From Chitinophagales bacterium 33-2 (GTDB taxonomy: Bacteria > Bacteroidota > Bacteroidia > Chitinophagales > Chitinophagaceae): DNA of 64,000 nt. This document shows, piece by piece, positions 9,849-18,719 of the stretch. Where the stretch lies: NCBI GenBank assembly GCA_002050435.1, contig MWYV01000030.1, positions 17,446 through 81,445 of the forward strand, read 5' to 3'. Position numbers and translations under genes: made by a program. How positions within the stretch are numbered: position 1 is the first letter of the stretch; each line of letters opens with the position of its first letter. The notes beneath the pieces were generated by a model, which was not told the DNA's origin, did no database searches, and worked only from the letters and a program-made list of their open reading frames with translations.

Positions 9849-10171
9849 ATTTTGGTGCATGAATTGATTCAACATACTAATTTGGATCAGTATGTCCTGA
9901 ATATTGTTTTATGATTTCCCTGCTACCTCATTTCATTTCAGAGTTGTAGCGTTCCTGAATCCCAGGGCAGGGTTTAGTCATCATAAAAATCTTTAGAAAA
10001 CATGTACTTGCAGATCTTGCAAAAGACGGTCTGTTAACCTGGGATGAAAAAGGTTCACAGATCACAGAACAGGGACATTATTTCATCCGAAACATCTGCA
10101 GCGCATTTGACCTTTATCTTCAAAGAGGAGAAAAGAACGCTGACAGGCAAATGTTCAGCAAGGCTATTTAG
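9849..10171 (+). pseudogene. hemN: relic of the 3' end of oxygen-independent coproporphyrinogen-III oxidase
   Basis: Nt 9959-10171 translate without a start codon to ...LADLAKDGLLTWDEKGSQITEQGHYFIRNICSAFDLYLQRGEKNADRQMFSKAI*. This closely parallels the E. coli HemN C-terminus (LAKDGLVDVDEKGIQVT..GRLLIRNICMCFDTYL...QQFSRVI). Upstream, a different frame gives ILVHELIQHTNLD, resembling RRDVIKALICNFRLD. The radical-SAM part is absent. Confidence 0.7.
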
Positions 10172-10556
10172 ATTCCTCATCACCAAAAAAATCTTCCATT
10201 TCCCTTCTTTGTTTTTTTGAAGGTCGGCCCACCTTACTGGGCCTTTTGCCTGTATAAAAAGATTCTGCCTGGAACTTTACCTGGTCCAGTTCTTCCTGAG
10301 GCGTAAGATCAACATAATGTTTAATTGCTTCGGGGTAAGCAACCCTGTTCGTAAGTAATCCTGTTACCCTGATGATCCACCGCCTTGCCTCTGTTTTGAT
10401 CTCGTATTCCTCTCCAATGGAAACAGCTTTGCTTGGTTTAACCCCTGCACCATTCCACTTCACTTTTCCTGAATCACAGGCCGCAGTGGCAAGTGTCCTT
10501 GTTTTGAACAACCTGATAGACCATAAATATTTATCAATCCTTAATTTTTCCGGCAT
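10164..10556 (-). CDS. S4-domain RNA-binding protein (Hsp15/HslR-like)
   Basis: RIDKYLWSIRLFKTRTLA... is an S4 domain, followed by a basic C-terminal tail. Confidence 0.8.
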   Translation of the reverse strand: MPEKLRIDKYLWSIRLFKTRTLATAACDSGKVKWNGAGVKPSKAVSIGEEYEIKTEARRWIIRVTGLLTNRVAYPEAIKHYVDLTPQEELDQVKFQAESFYTGKRPSKVGRPSKKQRREMEDFFGDEESK

Positions 10557-10701
10557 AAACGAAAATTATGCAAAACGAAAATGATGAAGTACAATTGTTT
10601 TTCGATGATTAATTTGCACCGCATATAAATCAAATTCCAATCCTAAATATATTGGGTGCTGCTGGTACAAAATTTTCATATTGTTGCTTAATGCCTTTTT
10701 T

Positions 10702-11754
10702 ATGATCAGGATCATTCTTGCCTTAATTTCCTTTCTTTTCGTGGGCGTAACCGTGCTGCCCTGGGTCAGGAGCGACTACTGGACCTTCCGTTCTATGGAA
10801 TACCCCCGTTTGCAAAAATTAACGGTTGGCATTGCTTTACTGATAGCACTGGTGGTTTTTAGGGGAGCACTGGCCGAACTTTTCCTGTGGCTTTTAATTC
10901 CTTCAGTTGTTTCCATCATTTACCTGTTAGTCAAGATCTTTCCATATACCCAGATCGCTCCTAAAGAAATGAAGCGAACTGTCAGCACCGATACAAATAA
11001 CGAAATAAAGATCCTTACCGCAAACGTGCTACAGGATAATCATCAGTATCAGAAATTCATTAACCAGTTGCGTAAAATGGATCCGGATCTTTTGTTATTG
11101 GTAGAAACCGACAGTAAATGGGCCAGTGCCATGGAGGTCCTGGATCAGCATTATCCTTACAGGCTTAAACATCCAATGGACAACACTTATGGGCTATTGT
11201 TCTTCAGCAGGTTTGAATTGAGAAACCATAAAATTTTATTTCGTGTAGAAAATGATGTTCCTTCCGTTGAAGCGGAATTGAAATTGCCTTCTGGTGTGTG
11301 GGTGAAAATTTATGGGCTGCATCCTAAACCTCCTGTACCCGGTGAATCATTATACTCTACAGCAAAAGATAAAGAACTGATGAAAGTGGCTTCACTGGTA
11401 GAATATGAAAAATTGCCCTGTATTGTGATGGGTGATCTGAATGATGTGGCCTGGAGTCATGTTACCAAGCTTTTCCGAAAAGTGAGTGGCCTGCTGGATC
11501 CCAGGAGAGGCCGCGGATTTTATAGTACGTTTTCCGCGTTGCACTGGTGGTTCAGGGTTCCCCTCGATTACATATTCTGTTCCCTGCACTTTGGGCTTAT
11601 TAAAATGAAACGCCTTCCGCCAAATGGATCAGATCATTTCGCCATGTTCATTCATTTAAAATACGCGCCTGGTCTCAATGATAAAGCAGATGAACCGGAA
11701 GCCGATGAAAAGGAAAGGAGCGAAGCGCGGGAAAAAGCAAACGAACCAGTTTAA
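10702..11754 (+). CDS. endonuclease/exonuclease/phosphatase (EEP) family membrane protein
   Basis: N-terminal TM helices, then an EEP core (ILTANVLQDN..., GDLNDVAWSH, SDHFAM). The track ORF starts at TTG 10681; the first ATG is 10702. Confidence 0.8.
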   Translation: MIRIILALISFLFVGVTVLPWVRSDYWTFRSMEYPRLQKLTVGIALLIALVVFRGALAELFLWLLIPSVVSIIYLLVKIFPYTQIAPKEMKRTVSTDTNNEIKILTANVLQDNHQYQKFINQLRKMDPDLLLLVETDSKWASAMEVLDQHYPYRLKHPMDNTYGLLFFSRFELRNHKILFRVENDVPSVEAELKLPSGVWVKIYGLHPKPPVPGESLYSTAKDKELMKVASLVEYEKLPCIVMGDLNDVAWSHVTKLFRKVSGLLDPRRGRGFYSTFSALHWWFRVPLDYIFCSLHFGLIKMKRLPPNGSDHFAMFIHLKYAPGLNDKADEPEADEKERSEAREKANEPV

Positions 11755-11772
11755 ATAAAACATCAAAAAAAT

Positions 11773-11800
11773 AAGCCAGGACAATCGCCCTGGCTTTTTT
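11773..11800. terminator. bidirectional hairpin terminator between convergent genes
   Basis: GCCAGG-ACAATCGC-CCTGGC flanked by an A-run and a T-run. Confidence 0.6.
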
Positions 11801-11801
11801 A

Positions 11802-13169
11802 TTATCCTTCCGCAAAGTACTTGTGGAAGTATGGAATGGTTTCAATGCCTTTATAATAATTTTCAAGATTGAATTTTTCATTAGGGGAATGCAGGTTGTC
11901 ACTGTCTAATCCAAAACCCATAAAAACGATCTTGACACCCAGCTCTTTTTCAAGAATGGTACAGATAGGGATACTTCCTCCACCACGCACGGGAATCGGA
12001 TCCTTACCGAAAGTGGTTTTGATCGCTTTTGCTGCTGCCTGGTAGCCTTTATAATCAATTGGTGTTACATAAGGTTCTCCTCCATGATGTAATTCCGCTT
12101 TTACGGTTACACCTTCCGGTGCATTTTTTTCAAAATAATCGATCAGCAGTTTTGTGATCTTTTCTGATGACTGGTTGGGTACAAGTCGCGCCGAGATCTT
12201 TGCAAATGCTTTTGATGGCAAAACGGTTTTGGCACCCTCTCCTGTATAACCACCCCAGATGCCATTTAATTCAAGTGTAGGCCTTATCCCGGTTCTTTCA
12301 TTAACGGTAAAACCTTTCTCACCCCAAACTTTTTTAACACCCAGTTCCTGCTTGTATTCATCTTCATCAAAAGGCGCCCTCGCAAGTAAATTGCGCTCTG
12401 CTTCTGTTGCTACTGCAACATCATCATAAAATCCGGGTATGGTAATATGATTGTTTTCATCATGACAGGAAGCGATCAGTTTACTTAACATGGTGATAGG
12501 ATTGGCTACTGCCCCTCCATAAGTGCCGCTATGCAGATCACGGTTGGGTCCCGTAACTTCCACCTCTATGTATGATAGTCCGCGCATGCCTACATCCAGG
12601 GTAGGTGTATCCATACTTAACAGCGCACTGTCACTAATCAGGATCACATCTGCTTTTAAAAGTGCTTTATTTTCCGCAACAAATTTTGCAAGGTTAGGCG
12701 AACCCACTTCTTCTTCTCCTTCAATTAAAAATTTAATATTGGTTGACATGCTGTTGGTCTTGTTCATGATCTCCATGGCTTTGACATGCATGTAAAACTG
12801 GCCTTTATCATCTGCACTTCCGCGCGCATATACTTTACCATCCTTGATCACCGGATCAAATGGTCCGCTATTCCATAGTTCAAGCGGTTCAGGTGGTTGC
12901 ACGTCATAATGCCCGTAAACAAGCACCGTTGGTTTGGAAGGGTCTATGATCTTTTCTCCATAAACTACCGGGTGTCCCGCAGTTTCCATCACTTCTGCTT
13001 TGCCTGCGCCTGAATCCAGTAAACGTTGCTTCACAAGGTCAGCGCATTTGCGCATATCTTCTTTTCTTTCTGTTTTTGCCGAAATAGAGGGAATGCGTAA
13101 TAATTCAAGCATTTCATCTAAAAATCTTTGCTGGTGCTGGTCCTGGTAATCTTTCCAAGCTGTTTGCAT
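11802..13169 (-). CDS. M20-family dipeptidase/metallo-hydrolase
   Basis: LVYGHYDVQP, RGSADDKGQ and IEGEEEVGS motifs. The ATG at 13169 is preferred over the TTG at 13175. Confidence 0.85.
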   Translation of the reverse strand: MQTAWKDYQDQHQQRFLDEMLELLRIPSISAKTERKEDMRKCADLVKQRLLDSGAGKAEVMETAGHPVVYGEKIIDPSKPTVLVYGHYDVQPPEPLELWNSGPFDPVIKDGKVYARGSADDKGQFYMHVKAMEIMNKTNSMSTNIKFLIEGEEEVGSPNLAKFVAENKALLKADVILISDSALLSMDTPTLDVGMRGLSYIEVEVTGPNRDLHSGTYGGAVANPITMLSKLIASCHDENNHITIPGFYDDVAVATEAERNLLARAPFDEDEYKQELGVKKVWGEKGFTVNERTGIRPTLELNGIWGGYTGEGAKTVLPSKAFAKISARLVPNQSSEKITKLLIDYFEKNAPEGVTVKAELHHGGEPYVTPIDYKGYQAAAKAIKTTFGKDPIPVRGGGSIPICTILEKELGVKIVFMGFGLDSDNLHSPNEKFNLENYYKGIETIPYFHKYFAEG

Positions 13170-13252
13170 ACTCAAAATTTATTGTTGTTAATGGCCGTTA
13201 TGTCCGCTGCAACGGGCGATAAAATTAAGGATTAGAAAAAGATTTTGAACTT

Positions 13253-14436
13253 TTAGTCAGGTCGTTTCTTTTTAATGGTGGTGGCTTTTGTAATGAGCCC
13301 GTACCCAAACTCATTTTTGATCTGGTCAATGGTCTTGTATAATGCTAATTGCTCCGCGGCATTATCAAACAAATTCATCTGCAGGGTCATGGGTACCAGG
13401 TGACTGAACCTTACCCCAAGCAATCGCACTTTTTGTCCGCTTTTATAAAGCTTTTTAAACAAGTCTTCCACTTTAGAAAGCAGGATATTATCAAGCCCTG
13501 TATAATCTATGGTTTCCTGTTTGGAAACGGTAGTAAAATCTTCGTACCGGATCTTGACCGTTACACATCCAGCCAGCCTTTCTTCTTTCCTTAATTCATA
13601 AGCTGTTTCTTCTGTCAGTTTTACAAGTTGCTGATGCAGGAACTGTTTGTCAGTGCTGTCCTCATTAAAAGTAGTTTCATGCGAAATGGATTTTTGTTCA
13701 TTATAAGGTTCAATTACCGCATTCGAAATGCCATGCGATTTTTCAGCTAATTTTCTTCCCCACTTGCCAAATTTATTTTCAAGAAGTTGAATCGAACAAG
13801 TTGCAAGGTCTTTAATTTTATAAATGCCTATGGCCTGCAATTCAATTAAAGTCTGCTTTCCAACACCAGGAATTTTTTCCACCGTAAGCGGCCATAGGAA
13901 GGCAGTTTCCATGCCTGGTTCAATTTCAAGAAATCCATTGGGCTTGGCTTCATTTGTGGCCATCTTGCTCACCATTTTGTTGGTTGACAACCCAAACGAT
14001 ATCGGAAGACCGGTTTCCCTTGTAATTTGTTTCCTTAATTCCCTGGTAAACTGCCTTACGCCGAAAAATTTTTCGAGGCCGGAAAGATCAATATAAAATT
14101 CATCAATGGAAGCTTTCTCATAAAGCGGGACTGCTGATGCAATGATCTCAGTAACCATTCTTGAATATTTGCTGTAATCCTGGTAACTGCCTTTTAAAAA
14201 AACTGCATCCGGACAAAGCTTTTTTGCAGTTAGGGAGGGCATGGCACTTTGTATTCCAAATTTGCGTGCTTCATAACTGCATGCTGCTACAATGCCTCTT
14301 TGACCGTCGCCTCCAACGATCAGTGGCAGGCCTTTCAGATGCGGATTTTTTAAAAGCTCAACAGAAACAAAAAAAGCATCCAGGTCAAAATGGGCAATAT
14401 GTGAAATACACTGCGACAGGTTTCAAATTTAACCAT
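13253..14436 (-). CDS. dinB: DNA polymerase IV (Y-family); 5' end has a frame disruption or no canonical start
   Basis: The track ORF starts at MPSLT (14242), but the frame stays open to 14422 and encodes HIAHFDLDAFFVSVELLKNPHLKGLPLIVGG...SYEARKFGIQSAMP, the conserved Pol IV N-terminus. That stretch has no ATG, GTG or TTG. An ATG at 14436-14434 lies in a frame offset by one nt. Confidence 0.8.
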
Positions 14437-14550
14437 TAGACCTTCTCAATGGATAATCACGAAAATATTTCTCTGCAAAATATTCCTGGAGCAGCAACAG
14501 CCTGGGTCATTGGAACTTGTATTAACGTTGGCGATGATGCGCAGGATGGT

Positions 14551-14558
14551 TAAATTTG
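14551..14558 (+). promoter_or_regulatory. candidate -7 box (TAAATTTG)
   Basis: Matches TAnnTTTG, about 150 nt upstream of the DinB_2-family gene. Weak evidence. Confidence 0.2.
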
Positions 14559-14705
14559 CACAGGAACGTACATGGATGATGGTACGGGATTGAACAGATG
14601 AGCCTATTGATTGGGTTAGGAAGTAGAGAAGCCTTACGTCACCTAAAAAACTAAATTGATCAGGGCAAAGAATTTGCAATTAAACATTCGCATAGAACAA
14701 TCAAT

Positions 14706-15314
14706 ATGAAAAAAATTAAGACCCAGGAATTGCTAGACCAACTTAAAGCTGATGTGCGCCAATTGATCAGCGCGGCTGAACATATAAGCGAAATGGATGC
14801 GGTAAAACTCTGTTACCAGCCGGAAAAAGGAAAATGGAGTGCTGTGCAGGCTGTTGAACACCTGAACATGTACAACCGCTATTATTTGCCTGCAATTGAA
14901 CGTGAACTGGTACAAATTCCCAAAGAAATAAACGCCTGGTTTGTTCCCGGTTTTTTTGGAAATTATTTTACAAATATGATGATGCCGAAAAACGTGTACG
15001 AGATCAAAAACAAAATGAAGGCCATGAAAGGATATCGTCCCGACAGAAGTATAAGCGCTGAACAGGCTTTTACGGAATTCCTTCAGCACCAGCATAAAAT
15101 ATTGCACCTTCTGGAACTGTCGGAAAAAAGAAATCTGGAAACGATACGCATTCCTATTTCCATCAGCAAATTAATCAGGTTGAAACTTGGTGACACATTT
15201 CGTTTTTTGATCGCTCATGAACAGCGTCATATGATCCAGGCAAGAAATGCAATTAGGGCAACAGGAATTCCTACTGATAAATTTCCAGTAATCCTTGAGG
15301 CAAATCGACTATAA
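14706..15314 (+). CDS. DinB_2/YfiT-like (DinB superfamily) four-helix metal-binding protein
   Basis: WSAVQAVEHLNMY... and a C-terminal LIAHEQRHMIQA His motif, typical of the DinB superfamily. Confidence 0.7.
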   Translation: MKKIKTQELLDQLKADVRQLISAAEHISEMDAVKLCYQPEKGKWSAVQAVEHLNMYNRYYLPAIERELVQIPKEINAWFVPGFFGNYFTNMMMPKNVYEIKNKMKAMKGYRPDRSISAEQAFTEFLQHQHKILHLLELSEKRNLETIRIPISISKLIRLKLGDTFRFLIAHEQRHMIQARNAIRATGIPTDKFPVILEANRL

Positions 15315-15786
15315 CCTGTTGTTTTTTATGATCGATTTTAATAATGGTTTCTTCATGAAGCGGGATCAGGGCTTCTTTTTTCCTGATCTCGATCCTGCAC
15401 AGTAACTGGTGCGGCTGTTCGATCACTTCCAGGATTTGTCCAAGTACCTGGTCTTCCTCAATTATAGCGTAACCTAAAAGGTTTATGGGTGCAGACTTAG
15501 CTGAAAACTTTTTCAGGTCCGTTTCCGGAAGCCATACCTCTTTCTGAACCAGCTTTTTTGCATCTTCCTTTACATTCAGTCCTTCTAATTTTATATAAAG
15601 TTCCTCCTCATTTTTGATTTTGGTACTCTCGAGGAACCATGGGATAAAACTTTCTTTCTTTTCTTCAATAAATAATGCCTTCAGTCCTTTTAATGAGGTT
15701 TTTTTCCCAAGGCTGTGTTTTAAAATGAGCTCGCCTTTTAATCCAAAGGTTGAAACCAGTTTTCCGATCTTGAAGTATGCTTCCAT
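15271..15786 (-). CDS. rimM: 16S rRNA processing protein RimM
   Basis: YFKIGKLVSTFGLKGELIL is the RimM N-terminus. ATG at 15786 (the track ORF starts at TTG 15804). Directly downstream of rpsP. Confidence 0.85.
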   Translation of the reverse strand: MEAYFKIGKLVSTFGLKGELILKHSLGKKTSLKGLKALFIEEKKESFIPWFLESTKIKNEEELYIKLEGLNVKEDAKKLVQKEVWLPETDLKKFSAKSAPINLLGYAIIEEDQVLGQILEVIEQPHQLLCRIEIRKKEALIPLHEETIIKIDHKKQQVIVDLPQGLLEIYQ

Positions 15787-15820
15787 AAAATTTAGTTTTT
15801 TCAAATTGAAGTGATACCCC

Positions 15821-15851
15821 TAAAAACAAGATCCCGCCAAAGACGGGATCT
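15821..15851 (-). terminator. hairpin plus U-run between rpsP and rimM (terminator or attenuator)
   Basis: AAGATCCCG-7 nt-CGGGATCTT, followed on the minus strand by GTTTTT. Confidence 0.55.
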
Positions 15852-15876
15852 TAATAAATTGAAGTACCGGTTAGGT

Positions 15877-16323
15877 TTAGCCTTCAGAACCTGTATCAGC
15901 AGCTGGTCTTCTTTCCCTGCGCTGGTATGGGGGATTTCTTCTGCCGCGTCTTTCACGTTGAGCTTCTTCCTGGCGTTTCCTGATGTGAGCTTCATGCTCG
16001 GTATGCCATTTTTGGAACTTTTCCATTGCTGTAGCTTCATCAAACAACCCAAGTGTTACACCACGCAATAAATGCTTGAGGAATAACACACCTTTGTACG
16101 ATAAAATTTTTCTAACGGTATCAGTTGGCTGTGCTCCCTTCTGGAGCCAGTCCAATGCACGCTGACGATCGAGCTGCACTGTGGCAGGCGTAGTCAGGGG
16201 ATTGTAAGTACCGAGTTTCTGAACAAATTTACCATCGCGGGGGCTGCGTGCATCTGCGACAACAATGAAGTAAAAGGGTCTTTTTTTAGACCCGTGTCTT
16301 TGTAAACGGATTTTAACTGGCAT
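15877..16323 (-). CDS. rpsP: 30S ribosomal protein S16 with basic C-terminal extension
   Basis: [33 protein letters not shown] is canonical S16. Confidence 0.95.
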   Translation of the reverse strand: MPVKIRLQRHGSKKRPFYFIVVADARSPRDGKFVQKLGTYNPLTTPATVQLDRQRALDWLQKGAQPTDTVRKILSYKGVLFLKHLLRGVTLGLFDEATAMEKFQKWHTEHEAHIRKRQEEAQRERRGRRNPPYQRRERRPAADTGSEG

Positions 16324-16460
16324 CTTAAATAGAAATTTAAATGCGGTGAAGAAATAAAATTAAGAGAGCAAATCTAAGCTTAAAGGTGTAAAAATCAAAT
16401 AATAACCCATAAACTTTTTTGAAGAATATTACAGATGCTGAGCTGGTCGGTAAATAGAGC

Positions 16461-17132
16461 TTATGGACGTGCTACAAGATTCAACTGTATGTTTACTTTC
16501 TCCGAAATAAACTTGTCTCCCAGCGATTTGTCCGTTCCATAGTGCATGCTCCAATCCGCACGGTCGATATTAAAATTGGCAATGGCAGTAAGCTGGCCAT
16601 CCAAAATTTCGACTTTTGCAGGGAAACTGATGTTTTTGGTAGTTTCCTTCAGCGTGAAATTTCCGCTAACGGTATAGTTTGCCCCGGCAACCACTGATGT
16701 ATCACTTCCCGCGGTCGTAAAAGGTCGCACATCCGTTATTCTAAATGTAGATGTACTGTGCTTTTCAGCATCCAGGAAATCAGCAGACAGAAGATGTCCT
16801 TTTAATTTTTCCTGGAACATGTCACCCTCCTCATCAACTCCCAGGCTTTTAATGTTGATCGTAAAATTGCCTCCGCGGAGCTCATTGTTCTCTACCAGGA
16901 TATTTCCATTGGAAAGCTTCAGGCTCCCGGGATGGCTTTTCCCTACTCCATATCCAATAAACCGGACATGAGAATCAGAAGTGTCAATTATGAACTGGTT
17001 TCCGGAAACATTGGCCACCTCTTTTTTGTCGGAAACGGGCGCATCGTCGGCCTGGGCCGTATGATTGCAGGAGACAAACAAACTCGTGGCCGCTATTGCA
17101 GCAGCAAAAAGATAATTTTTTAATGAAAGCAT
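16461..17132 (-). CDS. YceI-family (polyisoprenoid-binding-like) secreted protein
   Basis: Signal peptide or lipobox (LFVSCN), then a YceI-like core (HVRFIGYGVGKSHPGSLKL...GNFTINIKSL). Confidence 0.8.
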   Translation of the reverse strand: MLSLKNYLFAAAIAATSLFVSCNHTAQADDAPVSDKKEVANVSGNQFIIDTSDSHVRFIGYGVGKSHPGSLKLSNGNILVENNELRGGNFTINIKSLGVDEEGDMFQEKLKGHLLSADFLDAEKHSTSTFRITDVRPFTTAGSDTSVVAGANYTVSGNFTLKETTKNISFPAKVEILDGQLTAIANFNIDRADWSMHYGTDKSLGDKFISEKVNIQLNLVARP

Positions 17133-17158
17133 TTTTATAGCGTTTAGATAGGCAAGCT

Positions 17159-17180
17159 AATTAATGTTTAAACATTAATT
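17159..17180. repeat. perfect 22-bp palindrome AATTAATGTTTAAACATTAATT
   Basis: Read directly; 27-48 nt upstream of the YceI start codon. A further half-site copy TTAAACATTAA lies at 17185-17195. Confidence 0.9.
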
Positions 17181-17193
17181 GTCATTAAACATT

Positions 17194-17219
17194 AAAAAAA
17201 TGCTGGTTGCAGCATTTTT
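17194..17219 (-). terminator. rho-independent terminator after ffh (bidirectional shape)
   Basis: A7-ATGCTG-GTTG-CAGCAT-T4. Confidence 0.65.
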
Positions 17220-17237
17220 ATGATTTTGTTGAAAAGC

Positions 17238-18563
17238 CTATTTCCTTCCCATTCCCGGCATCATCCTGCCCATAGGCATCTTGTTCATCGTTTTCATCAT
17301 TTCCCTCATCTGTTCAAACTGCTTCATAAACGCATTTACCTCCGAGATTTCTTTTCCACTTCCTTTAGAAATGCGCTTTCTTCTGCTGCCATCAATCAGG
17401 TCGGGGTTTGATCTTTCCTGGGGCGTCATGGAATTAATTATGGCTTCAATGCCTTTGAACGCATCATCACTGATATCAATATCCTTTATAGATTTACCTA
17501 CACCGGGAATCATTCCCAACAGGTCCTTGATGTTTCCCATCCGCTTGATCTGTTCAAGCTGTTGTTTAAAATCAGCAAAATCAAATTGGTTTTTCCTGAT
17601 TTTTTTCTCCAATTGCTTTGCCTGCTCTTCATCAAATTCCGCCTGTGCTTTTTCTACCAGGCTGGTAATATCCCCCATCCCCAGGATACGCTGCGCCATC
17701 CTGTCCGGATAAAACACATCGAGCGTTTCCAGTTTCTCCCCACTGCTGATAAATTTAATCGGCTTGTTGACGGTATACTTTATAGATAGGGCAGCACCGC
17801 CTCTTGTATCACCATCGAGTTTGGTAAGAACAACACCCGAAAAATCCAGCCGGTCATTAAATGCTTTTGCCGTATTTACTGCATCCTGCCCCGTCATGCT
17901 ATCCACAACAAACAGGATCTCCTGTGGCTGAACTGCTGATTTAATGTTACTCACTTCGGTCATCATGGCTTCATCAATGGCCAGTCGACCTGCAGTATCT
18001 ATGATTACAACATTTTTATTGCGCGCCTTTGCTTCCTTAATAGCATTCAGTGCAATATCAACCGGGTTCTTATTTTCCGGTTCCAGGTGTACTTCCACAC
18101 CGATCTGTTCACCCAGTACCCTTAACTGCTCCATGGCAGCAGGTCTGTAAACGTCTGCTGCCACCAGAAGTGGAGCGAGCTTTTTTTGTTTTTTTAAATA
18201 ATACGCCAGCTTACCGCTAAAAGTGGTTTTTCCACTTCCCTGCAAACCTGCGATCAGAATAACGGCCGGCGCCCCTTTTGAATTAAATTCAGCTGCCTCA
18301 TTTCCCATCAGCCTTACCAGTTCATCCTTTACAATTTTCACCATCAACTGGCTTGGGCTGATCGCAGTGAGTACTTTGTCTCCAAGTGCGGTCTCCCTTA
18401 CTGTATCTGTAAATTCCTTGGCGATTTTATAATTCACATCCGCATCAACAAGGGCTCTCCGGATTTCTTTTACCGTAGCAGCAACATTCAGTTCGGTGAT
18501 CCGGCCTTCACCTTTTAAATTTTTAAACGCGCCTTCCAACCGGTCCTGTAGTGATTCAAACAT
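17238..18563 (-). CDS. ffh: signal recognition particle protein
   Basis: GLQGSGKTT, DTAGR and TKLDGD GTPase motifs plus a Met-rich M domain and C-terminal tail. Confidence 0.95.
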   Translation of the reverse strand: MFESLQDRLEGAFKNLKGEGRITELNVAATVKEIRRALVDADVNYKIAKEFTDTVRETALGDKVLTAISPSQLMVKIVKDELVRLMGNEAAEFNSKGAPAVILIAGLQGSGKTTFSGKLAYYLKKQKKLAPLLVAADVYRPAAMEQLRVLGEQIGVEVHLEPENKNPVDIALNAIKEAKARNKNVVIIDTAGRLAIDEAMMTEVSNIKSAVQPQEILFVVDSMTGQDAVNTAKAFNDRLDFSGVVLTKLDGDTRGGAALSIKYTVNKPIKFISSGEKLETLDVFYPDRMAQRILGMGDITSLVEKAQAEFDEEQAKQLEKKIRKNQFDFADFKQQLEQIKRMGNIKDLLGMIPGVGKSIKDIDISDDAFKGIEAIINSMTPQERSNPDLIDGSRRKRISKGSGKEISEVNAFMKQFEQMREMMKTMNKMPMGRMMPGMGRK

Positions 18564-18648
18564 AATTTTATTTTTAAGGAAGTCAGGGCTTCCGGGTATC
18601 TTTTACAAGTTCAAACTAAAGCATTGATGAAACCTAATGAAGGTTTAA

Positions 18649-18678
18649 TAAAAAAAATGAACATCCAAAGATGTTCAT
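18649..18678 (-). terminator. rho-independent terminator after rpoD
   Basis: ATGAACATC-CAAA-GATGTTCAT with A8 on the plus strand, which is U8 on the minus strand. Confidence 0.65.
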
Positions 18679-18719
18679 TTAAAAAGTTTGCGCAAAGATA
18701 ACAAGGAATGGAATGGAAA

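Noticed and set aside
10557-10582. 10-nt direct repeat AAACGAAAAT (10557-10566 and 10573-10582) in the S4-gene / EEP-gene divergent region
   Set aside because: A short, A-rich repeat is plausible by chance in this composition. Noted but not strong enough to call regulatory.
14446-14679. 77-aa minus-strand ORF in the dinB / DinB_2 spacer
   Set aside because: Odd composition (a CCC run, no hydrophobic or domain pattern), no recognisable family, and it spans a likely promoter region. Not supportable as a gene.
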